A stretch of 64,000 nucleotides of DNA from Mobula hypostoma (Eukaryota). Location: contig NC_086097.1 of assembly GCF_963921235.1 (NCBI RefSeq), positions 185,754,001 through 185,818,000 of the forward strand. The letters run 5' to 3'. Shown piece by piece: positions 46,620-59,894 of the stretch. Below the pieces are notes generated by a model. The model made no database searches and was not told the DNA's origin. It saw only the letters and a list, made by a program, of their open reading frames with translations. Every line of letters begins with the position of its first letter. Position 1 is the first letter of the stretch. The translations under genes were made by a program, and so were the position numbers.

Positions 46620-49437
46620 GGAGAGTTTCTTAAATGCATCTATTTTAATGCTAGGAGCATTGTAAGAAAGGTGGATGAGCTTAGAGCATAGACTGATACC
46701 TGGAAATATGATGTTGTAGCTATTAGTGAAACGTGGTTGCAGGAGGGGTGTGATTGGCAACTAAATATTCCTGGATTTCGTTGCTTCAGGTGTGATAGAA
46801 TGGGGGGGGGGGGCAAGAGGGGGAGGTGTTGCATTGCTTGTCAGAGAAAATATAACAGCGGTCCTCTGGCAGGATAGATTAGTGGATGCGTCCAGGGAGG
46901 CTATTTGGGTGGAATTGAGGAATAGGAAAGGTGTAGTGACGCTTATAGGGGTGTATTATAGACCACCTAATGGAGACCTAGAACTGGAGGAGCAAATTTG
47001 TAAGGAGATAGCAGATATTTGTAGTAAGCACAAGGTTGTGATTGTGGGAGATTTTCATTTTCCACACATCGACTGGGAAGCCCATTCTGTAAAAGGGCTG
47101 GATGGTTTGGAGTTTGTCAAATGTGTGCAAGATAGTTTCTTGCAGCAATACATAGAGGTACCAACTAGAGAAGGGACAGTGTTGGATCTCCTGTTAGGGA
47201 ATGAGATAGGTCAGGTGACGGAGGTATGTGTTGGGGAGCACTTCGGGTCCGGTGATCACAATACCATTAGTTACAATATAATTATGGAGAAGGATAGGAC
47301 TGGACCCAGGGTTGAGATTTTTGATTGGAGAAAGGCTAACTTTGAGGAGATGCGAAAGGATTTAGAAGGAATAGATTGGGACAATTTGTTTTATGGGAAG
47401 GATGTAATAGAGAAGTGGAGGTCATTTAAAGGTGAAATTTTGAGGGTACAGGATCTTTATGTTCCTGTTAGGTTGAAAGGAAAAGTTAAAAGTTTGAGAG
47501 AGCTATGGTTTTCAAGGGATATAGGAAACTTGGTTCGGAAAAAGAGAGGGATTTACAATGAATATAGGCAGCTTGGAGTTAATGAGGTGCTCGAGGAATA
47601 TAAAGAATGTAAAAAGAATCTTAAGAAAGAAATTAGAAAAGCTAAAAGAAGATACGAGGCAGCTTTAGCAAGTAAGGTGAAAATAAATCCAAAGTGTTTC
47701 TACAGTTATATAAATAGCAAAGGGATAGTGAGGGATAAAATTGGTCCCTTAGAGAATCAGAGTGGATGGCTATGTGTGGAGCCAAAGAGATGGGGGAGAT
47801 TTTGAACAATTTCTTTTCTTCGGTATTCACCAAGGAGAAGGATATTGAATTGTGTAAGGTAAAGGAAACAAGAAGGGTAATTATGGAAAGTATGACGATT
47901 AAAGAAGAGGAAGTACTGGCGCTTTTAAGGAATAATAAAGTGGATAAGTCTCCAGGTCCGGACAAGATATTCCCTAGGACCTTGAGGGAAGTTAGTGTGG
48001 AAATAGCAGGAGCTCTGACAGAAATATTTCAAATGTCATTAGAAACAGGGATGGTGCCGGAGGATTGGTGTATTGCTCATGTGGTTCCATTGTTTAAAAA
48101 GGGTTCTAAGAGTAAACCTAGCAATTATCGGCCTGTGAGTTTGACGTCAGTGGTGGGTAAATTGATGGAAAGTCTTCTCAGAGATGGTATATGTAATTAT
48201 CTGGATAGACAGGATCTGATTAGGAACAGTCAACATGGATTTGTGCATGGAAGGTCACGTTTGACAAACCTTATTGAATCTTTTGATGAGGTTACTAGGA
48301 AGGTTGACGAGGGTAAAGCAGTGGATGTTGTCTATATGGACTTCAGTAAGGCCTTTGACAAGGTTACACATGGAAGGTTAGTTAGGAAGGTTCAATCGTT
48401 AGGCATTAATATCGAAGTAGTAAAATGGATTCAGCAGTGGCTGGGTGGGAGATGCCAGAGAGTAGTGGTGGATAACTATGTGTCAGATTGGAGGACGGTG
48501 TGTAGCAGTGTGCCTCAGGGATCTGTACTGGGTCCAATGTTGTTTGTCATATATATTAATGATCTGGATGATGGGGTGGTAAATTGGATTAGTAAGTATG
48601 CAGATGATACTAAGATAGGTGGTGGTGTGGATAATGAAGTAGGTTTCAAAGCTTGCAGAGAGATTTAGGCCAGTTAGAAGAGTGGGCTAAAAGATGGCAG
48701 ATGGATTTAATGCTGAAAAATGTGAAGTGCTACATTTTGGTAGGAATAATCAAAATAGGAGATAAATGGTAAATGGTAGGGCATTGAAGAACGCAGTAGA
48801 ACAGGGGGATCTAGGAATTAATAGTGCATAGTTCACTGAAGGTAGAATCTCATGTGGATAGGGTCGTGAAGAAAGCTTTTGGTATGCTGGCCTTTATAAT
48901 CAGAGCATTGAGTATAGGAGTTGGGATGTAATGTTGAAATTGTACAAGACATTGGTAAGGCCAAATTTGGAGTATTGTATACGGTTCTGGTCACCAAATT
49001 ATAGGAAATATGTCAATAAAATTGAGAGAGTACAGAGGAGGTTTGCGAAAATGTTGCCTGGGTTTCATCTCCTAAGTTACAGAGAAAGGTTGAACAAGTT
49101 AGGTCTTTATTCTTTGGAGCGTAGAAGGTTGAGAGGGGACTTGATAGAGGTGTTTAAAATTATGAGGGGGATTTATAAGAGTTGACGTGAATAGGCTTTT
49201 TCCATTGAGAGTGGGGGGATTCAAACAATAGGACATGAGTTGAGAGTCAAAGGGCAAAAGTTTAGGGGTAACATGAGGGGGAACTTCTTTACTCAGAGAG
49301 TGGTGGCTGTGTGGAACGAGCTTCCAGCAGAAGTGGTTGAGGCAGGTTCGATGTTATCGCTTAAAGTTATATTGGATAGCTATATGGACAGGAAAGGAAT
49401 GGAGGGTTATGGGGTGAGTGCAGGTCGGTGGGACTAG
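46620..49437 (+). pseudogene. CR1 ORF2p (APE endonuclease plus reverse transcriptase), disrupted
   Basis: YFNARSI, stop at 46689-46691, [35 protein letters not shown]; several frameshifts. Confidence 0.9.
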
Positions 49438-49818
49438 GTGAGAGTAGGAGTTTGGCACGGACTAGAAGGGCCGAGATGGCCTGTTTCTGTGCTGTAATTG
49501 TTATATGTTATATGGTTATATTAGCAAACATATTGCCTGCCGTCTCGATGTTTCAGTCTCTCACAATGCTTCAGTGGTAAAATCGGTGAAGAACTGGGTT
49601 GCCCCAGTTATATATATTCTTATTGTAATTTTTATGTATTTCACTGTACTGCTGCCGCAAAACAACAAATTTCATGGCATATGTGAAAGCTAATAAACTT
49701 GATCCAGATCTTGATTCTGGTTTTTGGCACATTATTGAAAACTATGTGTAACAGTAACTATTGGGAGTTGAATGTTATTAGTCATTTAAGTTTCATGTAA
49801 ACAGTTTGGTTGTTATAG

Positions 49819-49845
49819 GTAACCAGGAAGTTTATCAAGAATTAG
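49819..49845 (+). CDS. Candidate short terminal coding exon (VTRKFIKN*) of the C8orf88-like gene
   Basis: tttggttgttatAG acceptor in a non-repetitive island, phase 0 matching the 9060 donor, and a short C-terminus as in C8orf88. Weak evidence. Confidence 0.3.
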   Translation, partial: VTRKFIKN

Positions 49846-50057
49846 TAATACGATGTATTTACAGTTATGAAGGCAGTAATGTTGAAGCAACAATTTAACA
49901 GATAAGAGGCTAGCTGAGCACAAGGCCTATCTGGAGATGTATAACACACTTGCATCATCAGAACCTGGAATCCAGATTTTATAGATATCATTTGCCATTT
50001 GCAATGAAGAACTCAGTGAATGAAGAGATTGAGTGAAGTTATAGTTCGTTGAATATG

Positions 50058-50660
50058 CAAATTTCAAAGTAAAATTTATCAGAGGACATACATGTCACCA
50101 CATACAACTGTCAAATTCTTTTACCTGTGGGCATAATCAGCAAATCTATAGAACAGTAGTTGTAAATAGGATCAATTAAAAAGCAAGAGCATAGAAGACA
50201 ACATACTGTGCAAATGCAAATATAAATAAATAGCAATAAAGAGTCCTTAAAGTGAGACCATTGGTTCTGGGAAAACCAGAATTAGAATGAGTGTAGTTAT
50301 CCCCTTTTGTTTAAGAACCTGGTGGTTGAGGGGTAGTAACTGTTCTTGAACCTGGTGGTGCAGGTCCTGAGGCATTTGTCTCTTCTATCTGATGGCAGCA
50401 GCCAGAAAAGAGAATGGCCTGGGAGGTCAGGATCTTTGATGATGGATGCTGCTTTTCTACAACAGTGCTTCATGTTGATGTGTTCAATGGCTGGGATTTT
50501 CTGCTCAAAGGCATTGGTGTTCCTATACCAGGCCGTAATACACTTTCCACCACACATCAATAGAAGTTTGTTAAGGTTTTTAATGACATGACAAATCTCT
50601 GCAGGCTCCTAAGAAAATAGAGGCACTGTCATGCATTCTTTGCAATTACATTTATATGAT
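50058..50660 (-). mobile_element. Rex1/Babar-type LINE 3' fragment
   Basis: CITAWY..RKAASIIKDP..PGHSLF.LLPS.RR..RTCTTRFKNSYYP. Confidence 0.8.
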
Positions 50661-50739
50661 GGATCCAGTTTGTACATCTGTTTATTCATATAACTTGTGA
50701 ATTAATTGATAACTTTTCCTTTGTTATTATTATTTTATT

Positions 50740-51010
50740 TAGGGATTCAGTGTGGAAAGGCTCTTCTGGCCCACCATGCCCACCAAGCCGTGCCACCCAA
50801 CAACCCACCGTTTTATCCCCAGCCTAATCACAGGTTTATAATAACCAATAATCTATTTATCGGTATATCTTTGGACTGTGGGAGGAAACCTAAGCACACA
50901 TGAATAGAACGTACAAACATACTTAGAGAGGATGCTGGAATTGAACTCCAAACTCCAATGCCCAATGCCCAGAGCTGTAATAGTATTGTGCTAACTGTTA
51001 CACTACCTGG
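50740..51010 (-). mobile_element. HE1/V-SINE-like SINE
   Basis: Minus strand gagttcaattccagc..gtacgttc..gtgtgcttaggtttcctcccacagtccaaagat. Confidence 0.7.
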
Positions 51011-51189
51011 GACTCTAGTTTTGGAATCCCTAACCTTTAAGAACAACTGTGATAGTCCTTCTTATCCATACCCCTCATTATTTGTATTTATAAGCTCCAG
51101 TAGAATGGAATTACAGACATGTTAAACCCAATATTTGTTGAAAAATGCTTCTGCTTATCTGGAACTGGATGTAAAACAAACCATATACC

Positions 51190-51635
51190 TAGAACATAGA
51201 ACAGTACAGCACAGTACAGATTGGCCCATTGTGTTGTACTGACCTTTTAAGCTACTCCATGAACATTCTAACCCTTCCCTCCCACATACTGCTCTGTTTT
51301 TCTTTCATCCATGTGCCTAAGATTCTCTTAAATTGCCCTAATGCATCTGCCTCTACCAGCACCCTAGCATTGCGTTCACGAATTAACCACTCTCTGAGTA
51401 AAAAACCTACCTCAGATATCCCCCTATACTTTTCTCCAATCACCTTCAAATTATTCCCTCTTGACCAGACCTATGACTTGAGCATCCAGCCTGCTAGGCC
51501 CAGATGCACACATTCAGCCCATAACCCCCATGTTGCCATCCAAATGCTTTGTAAGTGTTGCAATTGTACCTCCCTCAACTACTTCCTCTGGCAGCTCATT
51601 CAAGGGTACTTACTGCGCTCTGTAAAAAGTTACCT
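51190..51635 (-). mobile_element. CR1 3' fragments; the second continues at 55972-56140 after the Gypsy insertion
   Basis: agaacatagaacagtacagcacagtaca tail; ctctgtaaaaagttacct|cataaatc.. is continuous across the Gypsy. Confidence 0.7.
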
Positions 51636-54600
51636 TGTAGTGATGTGCTACACACAGAGCTAGAAATAACGACACGCAGTCTGTAAGTCGCAATCGAGAC
51701 AAGTTTATTCAAACTTCGTGGCACTGGCTTTTACGCAGTTCTGTTCCCACCCTCTCCAGGTGGAAATGACATCAGAGGTGCATTACAAAAGTCTCTTCCC
51801 ACACGCGGGCTTTCTCCCTTTGCTGGTGAAGAAGGCGGCCCAGTGCCATTTTGGGGCTGACGGAAGTGGCATTTTGTGAGCTGGTTCGCCTGCGTAGAAA
51901 GTGGGTCGCCACATAACCCCCCCCCCGCCCAGAACCGTCGATACACCCCCCCAAATATCCACAGTCTGGATCAGTCTCTGGACGGTCTGCCTCTGTGCCG
52001 CAGTGCCTGAACCTCAATCGGCTGCGCCAAGTCCACGTGGGCCGATTTAAGTCGGTCCGCCGTGAAAATCTCCTCTTTCCCCCCAATGTCCAGAACGTAT
52101 GTGGACACATTGTTCCTGTTCACCTTGAACGGCCCCTTGTACAGCCGCTGTAGCGGTGTCCGGTGTGTGCCGCTTCATACGAATACAAACTTACAGTTCT
52201 GCAGGTCTTTGGGTACGCAGGTTGGGATCTGTCCGTGCTCTGAAGTTGGTACGGGGGCCAGGTTGCTGAGCCTTTCTCGTAGTCTGTCCAGGACTGCTGC
52301 GGGTTCTTCCTCTTGCCCCATTGGGGCTGGTATGAACTCTCCTGGGACGACCAGGGGCGCGCCGTACACCAGCTCGGCCGACAAGATGTGCAGATCCTCT
52401 TTGGGTGCTGTGCGGATTCCAAGCAGGACCCAGGAAAACTCGTCCACCCAGTTAGGCTCTTTCAGGCGGGCCTTGAGAGCCGACTTCAAGTGACGGTGGA
52501 AGCGCTCCACAAGTCCGTTCGACTGTGGGTGGTAGGCTGTTGTGTGGTGTAGCTGTGTTTCCAACAGGCTGGCCACAGCCAACCACAGGCTGGAGGTGAA
52601 CTGGGCACCTCTGTCGGAGGTAATGTGGGCCGGTAACCTGAAGCGTGCTACCCAGGTTGCAATCAGCGCTCAGGCGTAGGAATCAGCTCTGGTGTCGGTG
52701 AGCGGGATCGCCTCTGGCCATCTCGTGAACCAGTCTACCATAGTTTGGAGGTATCGCATTCCTTGCGACACTGGCAGGGGCCCCATGATATCCACATGAA
52801 TGTGGTCGAACCTCCGGCGGGTGGGTTCGAACTGCTGCGGCGGGGCTTTGGTGTGCCGCTGCACCTTGGCTGTTTGGCACTGCATGCACGTTTTGCCCCA
52901 TTCGCTGACCTGTTTGCGAAGTCCATGCCACACGAACTTGCTGGAGACCATCTGGACGGTTGTCTTGATAGATGGGTGGGCCAAGCCATGTACGGAGTCG
53001 AAAACTCGCCGCCACCAGGCTGTCGGGATAATGGAGCGAGGTTGGCCGGGAGCCACGTCACACAGGAGGGTCCTCTCACCTGGGCCTATGAGGAAGTCTT
53101 GCAGCTGCAAACCCGACACTGCGGTCCTGTAGCTGGGCATCTTGTCGTCTGCCTGCTGCGCCTCCGCCAGTGCTGCATAGTCCACTCCTAGGACAGGGCC
53201 TGGATAGCTGGTCTGGAGAGTGTGTCCACCACGACGTTGTCCTTTCCCGAGACATGCTGGATGTCCGTCGTGTACTCGGAGACGTAGGACAGATGTCGCT
53301 GCTGGTGGGCCGACCAGGGATCAGACACCTTCATGAATGCGAAGGTCAACGGTTTGTGGTCCGTGAACGCGGTGAACGCCTTCTAAGAAGTACCTGAAAT
53401 GCCGGATTGCCAGATATAGTGCCAACAGCTCCTGGTCAAAGGCACTGGACTTGAGTTCGGGTGGTCGTAGGTGCCTGCTGAAGAACGCCAGGGGTTGCCA
53501 GCGCCCCTAGATGAGTTGCTCCAGCACCCCACCGACTGCTGTGTTGGATGCGTCCACTGTGAGGGCGGTTGGAACGCCCGCTCTGGGGTGCACCAGCATC
53601 GCGGCATCTGCCAAGTCTTCCTTGGCTTTAACGAAAGCGGCCGCGGCCTTTGCGTCCCAAGTAATGCCCTTGCCTTTACCCCACATCAAGGTGAACAAAG
53701 GGCACATGATACAGGCTGCTGAGGAGAGGAAGCGGTGGTAGAAGTTCACGATACCAAAGAACTCCTGCAGGCCTTTGACTGTGTTGGGCCGGGCGAAGTG
53801 GCGGATCGCGTCTACCTTGGTGGGCAGAGGTGTTGCCCCGTCTTTGGTAATCCTGTGGCCCAGGAAGTCAATGGTGTCGAGGCGGAACTGACATTTGGCC
53901 GGGTTGATCATGAGGCCGAAATCCCTCAGGCGAGAGTAGAGCTGGCGGAGGTGGGACAGATGCTCCTGACGACTACTGTTGGCTATGAGGATGTCGTCCA
54001 AATAGATAAACACAAAGTCCAGGTCGCGTCCCACCGCGTCCATTAGCCGCTGGAATGTCTGTGTGGCATTCTTCAGGCCAAACTGCATTCGGAGGAATTC
54101 GAACAGGCCAAACGTGGTGATGAGTGCTGTTTTGGGGATGTCTTCAGGGTGTACCGGGATTTGATGGGATCCCCGGACGAGGTCTACTTTGGAAAAGATG
54201 CTTGCCCCATGCAGGTTTGCTGCAAAGTCCTGTATATGTGGCACGGAGTAGTGGTCTGGAGTTGTAGCCTCATTCAGTCTGTGGTAGTCGCCGCATGGTC
54301 TCCAGCCCCCGGCTGCTTTGGGCACCATGTGCAGAGGGGAGGCCCATGGGCTGTCGGACCGCCGTACGATCCCCAATTCCTCCATCCTCTTGAACTCCTC
54401 CTTCGCCAGTCGGAGCTTGTCCGGAGGGAGCCTTCATGCGCGGGCGTGGAGGGGTGGTCCCTGGGTCGGAATGTGGTGCTGTACTCCGTGTCTGGGCATG
54501 GCTGCCGTGAACTGCGGTGCCATAACCGATGGAAAGTCCGCCAGGATTCTGGTGAATTTGTCGTCAGACAGTGTGATGGAGTCCAGGTGTGGGGCTGGCA

Positions 54601-55971
54601 ACTCGGCTTCACCCAGGGAGAACGTCTGGACAGTCTTGGCATGGACCAGTCTTTTCCCTTGCAAGTCGACCAGCAGGCTGTGAGCTCACAAGAAGTCCGC
54701 CCCCAGGAGTGGTTGGGCCACGGTGGCCAGTGTGAAGTCCCACATGAACCAGCTGGCGCCGAACTGCAGCTGCACTATGCGGGTGCCGTAGGTCCATATT
54801 GTGCTGCCGTTTGTGGCCCTCAGGGTGGGTCCCGGCTCCCTGTTGCAGGTGTAGTACCCTGTCGGGGGTAAGATGCTGATTTCCGCTCCGGTATCAACCA
54901 AGAAGCGACGTCCCAGCTGTTTGTCCCAGATGTACAAGAAGCTGTCCTGGTGGTCAGCCGCCGTAGCCATTAGCGGTAGCTGGCCCTGGTGTTTTCCGGG
55001 AACTTGCAGGGTGGGCAACAATGGTGGGCTTCTGTGTCCCACCACTGGTGGTAGAAGCACCACTGTTCATTGGCCTCCTCACTCCTGCCTCTGGGTTGTG
55101 TGCGCTCCGTTGCCAGGCCTGGTCTGGCCTGCTTTTGGGCACGTGGCTTGGTAATCTGTCCGATGGACGCCCCGCTCTCCCTCTTGACTTTCCACAGCAC
55201 GTCTGCCCGGGCCGCCACCTTCCGGGGGTCACTGAAATCTGTGTTGGCCAGCAGCAGATGTATGTCTTCGGGCGGTTGCTCTAGGAACGCCTGCTCAAAC
55301 ATGAGACAGGGCTTGTATCCTTCAGCCAGGGCCAGCATCTCGTTCATTACTGCTGACAGCGGCCTGTCTCCCAAACCGTCCAGGTGCAGCAAGTGGGCAC
55401 CTCGCTCACGCCGTGAGAGGCCAAAGGTCCCTATGAGCAGCGTTTTGAATGCTGCATATTTGCCTTCTTCCAGGGGTGACTATATGAAATCTTCAATCTG
55501 GGCGGCTGTCTCCTGGTCAAGGGAGCTCACCAAGTAATAGTAACGTGTGGAATCCGAAGATATCTGCCGAATCTGGAACTGGGCTTCTGCTTGGTCAAAC
55601 CACACGCATGGTCGCAGTGTCCAGAATGTTGGCAGTTTTAATGAAACTGCGTGAACAGATGATCTTTGGTCCAAATCCCGTTTGTAGCGATGTGCTACAC
55701 ACAGAGCTAGAAATAATGACACGCAGTCTGTAAGTCGCACTTGAGACTAGTTTATTCAACTCCGCAGCACTGGCTTTTACGCAGTTCCGTCCCCGCCCTC
55801 TCTGGGCAGAAGTGACGTCAGAGGTGCATTACAAAAGTCTCTTCCTGCGCGTGGGCTTTCTCCCCTTGCTGGTGAAGAAGAAGGCCCAGCGCCATTTTGG
55901 GGCTGGCTTCTCTGCTGACGCGCACGCCATTTTGTGAGCCGGTTCGCCTGCATAGAAAGTGGGTCACCACA
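51636..55971 (-). mobile_element. Gypsy (Ty3) LTR retrotransposon with both LTRs, frameshifted
   Basis: LTRs 51636-51913 and 55683-55971 (TG..CA), 4-bp TSD acct (51632-51635 and 55972-55975), G-rich PPT. Gag KLPTFW, protease VDTGAEIS, RT SPWASPLH..YLDD, RNase H VDAS, integrase HHCC plus HVDIMGPLP..SDRG..YHPQSNGLVERFHR. Confidence 0.97.
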
Positions 55972-56144
55972 ACCTCATAAATCTTTTTAAAATTTCACCC
56001 CTCTTGTATGTGTGCTCTCTCGTTTTGGAGTCTCCAACCGTGGGGGAAAATCTGTGACAGTTCACCTTTCCCATACCCCTCATGATTTTATAAACTTCGA
56101 TCAAGTTACTCCTCATTCTTCTGTGCTCCAGGGAATAAAGATCC

Positions 56145-57225
56145 AGGTGTGGCTTACGAGCCTGCATAAACTTTTTGATGATGTGACTAAACACCTTGAT
56201 AAAAGTAGAGCAGTAGATTTAGGGTATATGGATTTCAGCAAGGCATTTGATAAGGTACCCCATGCAAGGCTTATTGAGAAAGTAGGAGGCATGGGATCCA
56301 AGGGGACCTTGCTTTGTGGGTCCAGAATTGGTTTGCCTACAGAAGGCAAAGAGTGGTTGTAGACAGGTCATATTCTGCATGGAGGTCAGTGACCAGTGGT
56401 GTCTGCCTCAGGGATCTGTTCTGGGACCTTCTCTTCGTGATTTTTATAAATGACGTGGATGAGGAAGTGGAGGAATGGGTTAGTAAACTTGCTGATGACA
56501 CAAAGGTAGGGGGTATTGTGGATTGTGTGGAGGGCTGTCAGTGGTTACGGTGGGACATCAGAGGGATCTTGGGGTCCAAGTCCATAGGACACTCAAAAAT
56601 GCTGTGCGGGTTGACTGTGTGGTTAAGGCGGTATACGGTGTGTTGGCCTTCATCAACCGTGGGATTGAGTTCAAGAGCTGAGAGGTAATGTTACAGTTGT
56701 ATAGGACCCTGGTCACCTCACAACAGGAAGGATATGGAAATTATAGAAAGGGTGCAGAGGAGATTTACGAGGATATTGCCTGTATTGTGGAGCATGCCTT
56801 ATGAGGATAGGTTGAGTGAACTTGGCCTTTTCTCCTTGAAGTGATGGAGGATGAGAGATGATCTGATAGAGGTATATAAGATGATGAGAGGCATTAATCA
56901 TGTGGATACTCAGAGGTTTTTTTCCCAGGGTTGAAATGGCTAACACAAGAGGGCACAGTTTTAAGGTGCTTGGATGTAAGTACAGAGGAGATGTCAGGGG
57001 TAAGTTTTTTTTATGCAGAGAGTGGAGAGTGCATGGAATGGGCTGCCAGCGACAGTGGTGGAGGCGGATACAATAGGGTCTTTTAAGAGACTCTTGGATA
57101 GGTACATGGAGGTTAGAAAACTGGAGGGCTATGGGTAACCCTAAGTAATTTCTAAAGTAAGTACGTGTTCGGCACAGCATTATGGTCCGAAGGGCCTGTA
57201 TTGTGCTGTAGGTTTTCTTTGTTTC
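56145..57225 (+). mobile_element. CR1 LINE RT/3' fragment
   Basis: YMDFSKAFDKVPH, FIND..SKLADDTK, 3' tail. Confidence 0.88.
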
Positions 57226-57229
57226 TGTG

Positions 57230-57900
57230 CATCATTTTCCAGTGGTCTAATATCAACTCTCGTCTCCTTTTAATTTTTATATAACTGATAGCCTGCTTTA
57301 TATTAATGGCTAGTCTGCATTCATATTTTATCTTCTCCTTTCATGTAACTTTTTTAGTTGCCTTTTGTTGGATTTTAAAAGCTTCCCAATCATCCAACTT
57401 CAGACTCACTTTTGCTACCTTATATGCCCTTTACTTGGCTTTTATGCAGTCCTGAACTTCCTTTGTCAGCCACGGTTGCCTACCCCTGCCATTTGAGAAC
57501 TTCTTCCTTGTGGAACATATCTCTCCTGCACTTTGTGAGCTATTCTCAGAAACGTCAGCCACCTCTGCTCTGCTGAAACTCCGACCAGTATCCTCCTCCA
57601 ATCCACCTGTGGAAGCTCCACTCTAATGCCTCTGTGATTCCCTTCATTCTGATGCGATACTGATCCAACTGACCAGTGCTTCTCCCTCTCAAATTGCAGT
57701 ATGAATTCAATCATATTATGATCACTGCCTCCTAAGGGTTCCTTTATGATAAGATCCTATGGATTTGATTTCATTTTTTTACCACCAGAGCCACCCCAAC
57801 CTCTCTGCCTACTTGCCTGTCCTTTCAAATCAATGTCTATCCTTAGCTGTTAACCTTTCAACTATGATTGTTCTTTCAGCCACAGCTCGGTGATTCCCAT
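57230..57900 (-). mobile_element. CR1 ORF2 fragment
   Basis: SDHNMIEF..PWLTKEV.. on the minus strand. Confidence 0.75.
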
Positions 57901-57924
57901 GTTATACCTACCAATCTCCCAAAT

Positions 57925-59890
57925 CCAATATAAAAGCCAAAGAGAGGGCATATGATAGAGGGAAAACTAGTGGGAAGTTAGAGGATTGGGAAGCTTTTAC
58001 AAACTAAAAAATGTCATTAAGAATGTAAAGATGGAAAACGAAAGTAAGCTAGCCTATGATATTAAAGAGGATACCGAAAGTTTCTTCAGATAAATAATGT
58101 GTAAATAAGAGACAAGAGTAGATATCAGACTGCTGGAAAATGATGCTGGAGAGGTACTAATGGGGGACAAGAAAAAGGCAGTCGAACTGAAAAAGTATTT
58201 TGCATCAGTCTTCGCCATGGAAGACACAAGTAGTACAGGTGTCAGGGGTTATGAAGTGTGTGAAGTTACCATTACTGGAGAGAAGCTTCTTGTGAAACTG
58301 AAAGGTCTGAAAGTAGATAAATCACCTGGACCAGATGGTATACACCCCACGATTCTGATTGAGGTAGCTGAAGAGACTGTGGAGGCACTAGTAAAGATTT
58401 TTCAAAAATCACTAGATTCTGGAATGGTTCCTGAAGACTGAAAAATTGCAATTGTCACTCCACTCTTCAAGAAGGGAGAGAGGCAAAAGAAAGGAAACTA
58501 TAGGCCAGTGGGTCTCAGCTGAATGCCTAGGAAGATGTTGGACTCGATTATTAAGGATGAATTCTCAGGATATTTGGAGGCACATGAAAGAATAGGCTGT
58601 AGTCAGCATAGTTTTCTCAAGGGAAAATCTTTCCTGACAAATCTGTTGAAATTCTTTGAAGAAACAATAAGCAGGATAGACTAAGGAGAATTGGGTGATG
58701 ATCTGTACTTGGATTTTCAGAAGGTTTTTGACAAGGTGCCACATTTGAAGCTGCTTAACAAGCTATGTGCCCATGATATTACATGAAAGATTCTCGCATG
58801 GATAAAACATGCCTGATTGGCAAGAGGCAAAGAGTGGAAGTAAAGGAGACTGGTTGGCTACTGGTGACTAGTGGTGTTCCACAGGGTTCTGTGGTAGGAC
58901 TGATTTTTCTTACATTATATGTCAATGATTTGGATGATGGAATTGATGGCTTTGTTGCAAAGTTTGCTTACAATATGAAGTGCAGGGGTATGTAGTTTTA
59001 AGGAAGTAGAGAGGCTACAGAAGGACTTAGACAGATTAGGAGAATGGCCAAAGAAATGGCAAATGGAATACAGTGTCGGGGAATATGTGACCATGCACTT
59101 TGGTAGAACAAATAAAAGGGTTGATTATTTTATATATGGAGAGAAAATGCAAAAAAAAAATGTGCACCAGGGGCTTGGGAATCCTTATGCAGGATTCCCT
59201 AAAGGTTATTTTGCAGGTTGAGTTTGTGGTGAGGAAGGCAAATGCGATGTTAGCATTCATTTCAAGAGGACGTGAATATAAAAACGAGGATGTCATGTTG
59301 AGACTTTCTAAAGCACTGTTGAGGCCTCGGGAGTATTGTGAGCAGCTTTGGGCTCCTTATCTTAGAAAGTTTATGCTAAAAATGGAGAGGGCTCAAAGAA
59401 GCTTCATGAAAATGATTCCAGGATTGAATGCCTTGTCATATGAAGAGCATTTGATGGCTCTGGGCCTGTATTCACTAGAACTCAGAAGAATGAGGGGTGA
59501 CCTAATTGAAACCTATCGAAAGACAAAAGGCCTTGATAAAGTGGATGTGGAGAGGATATTTCTAATGGTGGGAGAGTCTAAGACCAAAGGACACAGCTTC
59601 AGAATAGAGGTGTGTCCTTCCAGAAAGAAGATGAGGAGGATGTTCTTCAGGCAGAGAGGGGTGAATCTGTGGAATTCTTTGTTACAGCCAGCTGTAGAGG
59701 CGAAGCCTTTATGTATATTTTAGGCAGAGGTTGATAGATTCTTGATTAGTCAGGGCATAAAGGCATATGGGGACAAGTCAGGAGATTGGTGCTGAGAGGA
59801 AAATTGAATCAGCCATAATGAAATGGCGGAGCAGACATGATGGGCCAAATGGCCTAATCCTGCTCCTATATCTTATGGTCTTATGGTCTA
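57925..59890 (+). mobile_element. CR1 LINE 5'-truncated (RT to tail)
   Basis: [27 protein letters not shown]; tail tcttatggtcttatggtct. Confidence 0.9.
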
Positions 59891-59894
59891 ATGT

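Larger units (their letters stand above)
45150..49520 (+). mobile_element. Near full-length CR1 LINE (5' UTR, ORF1, ORF2, 3' tail)
   Basis: CpG-rich 5' UTR, ORF1 to 46416, ORF2 about 46620-49437 with a stop and frameshifts, tail gttatatgttatatggttatat. Confidence 0.95.

Noticed and set aside
54149..54871. 240-aa plus-strand ORF
   Set aside because: It is antisense to Gypsy pol in GC-rich sequence and has no recognisable domain.
57230..59890. Twin-priming 5' inversion of a single CR1
   Set aside because: The minus and plus segments cover overlapping parts of ORF2 with diverged sequence and I found no TSD, so they are more likely separate insertions.
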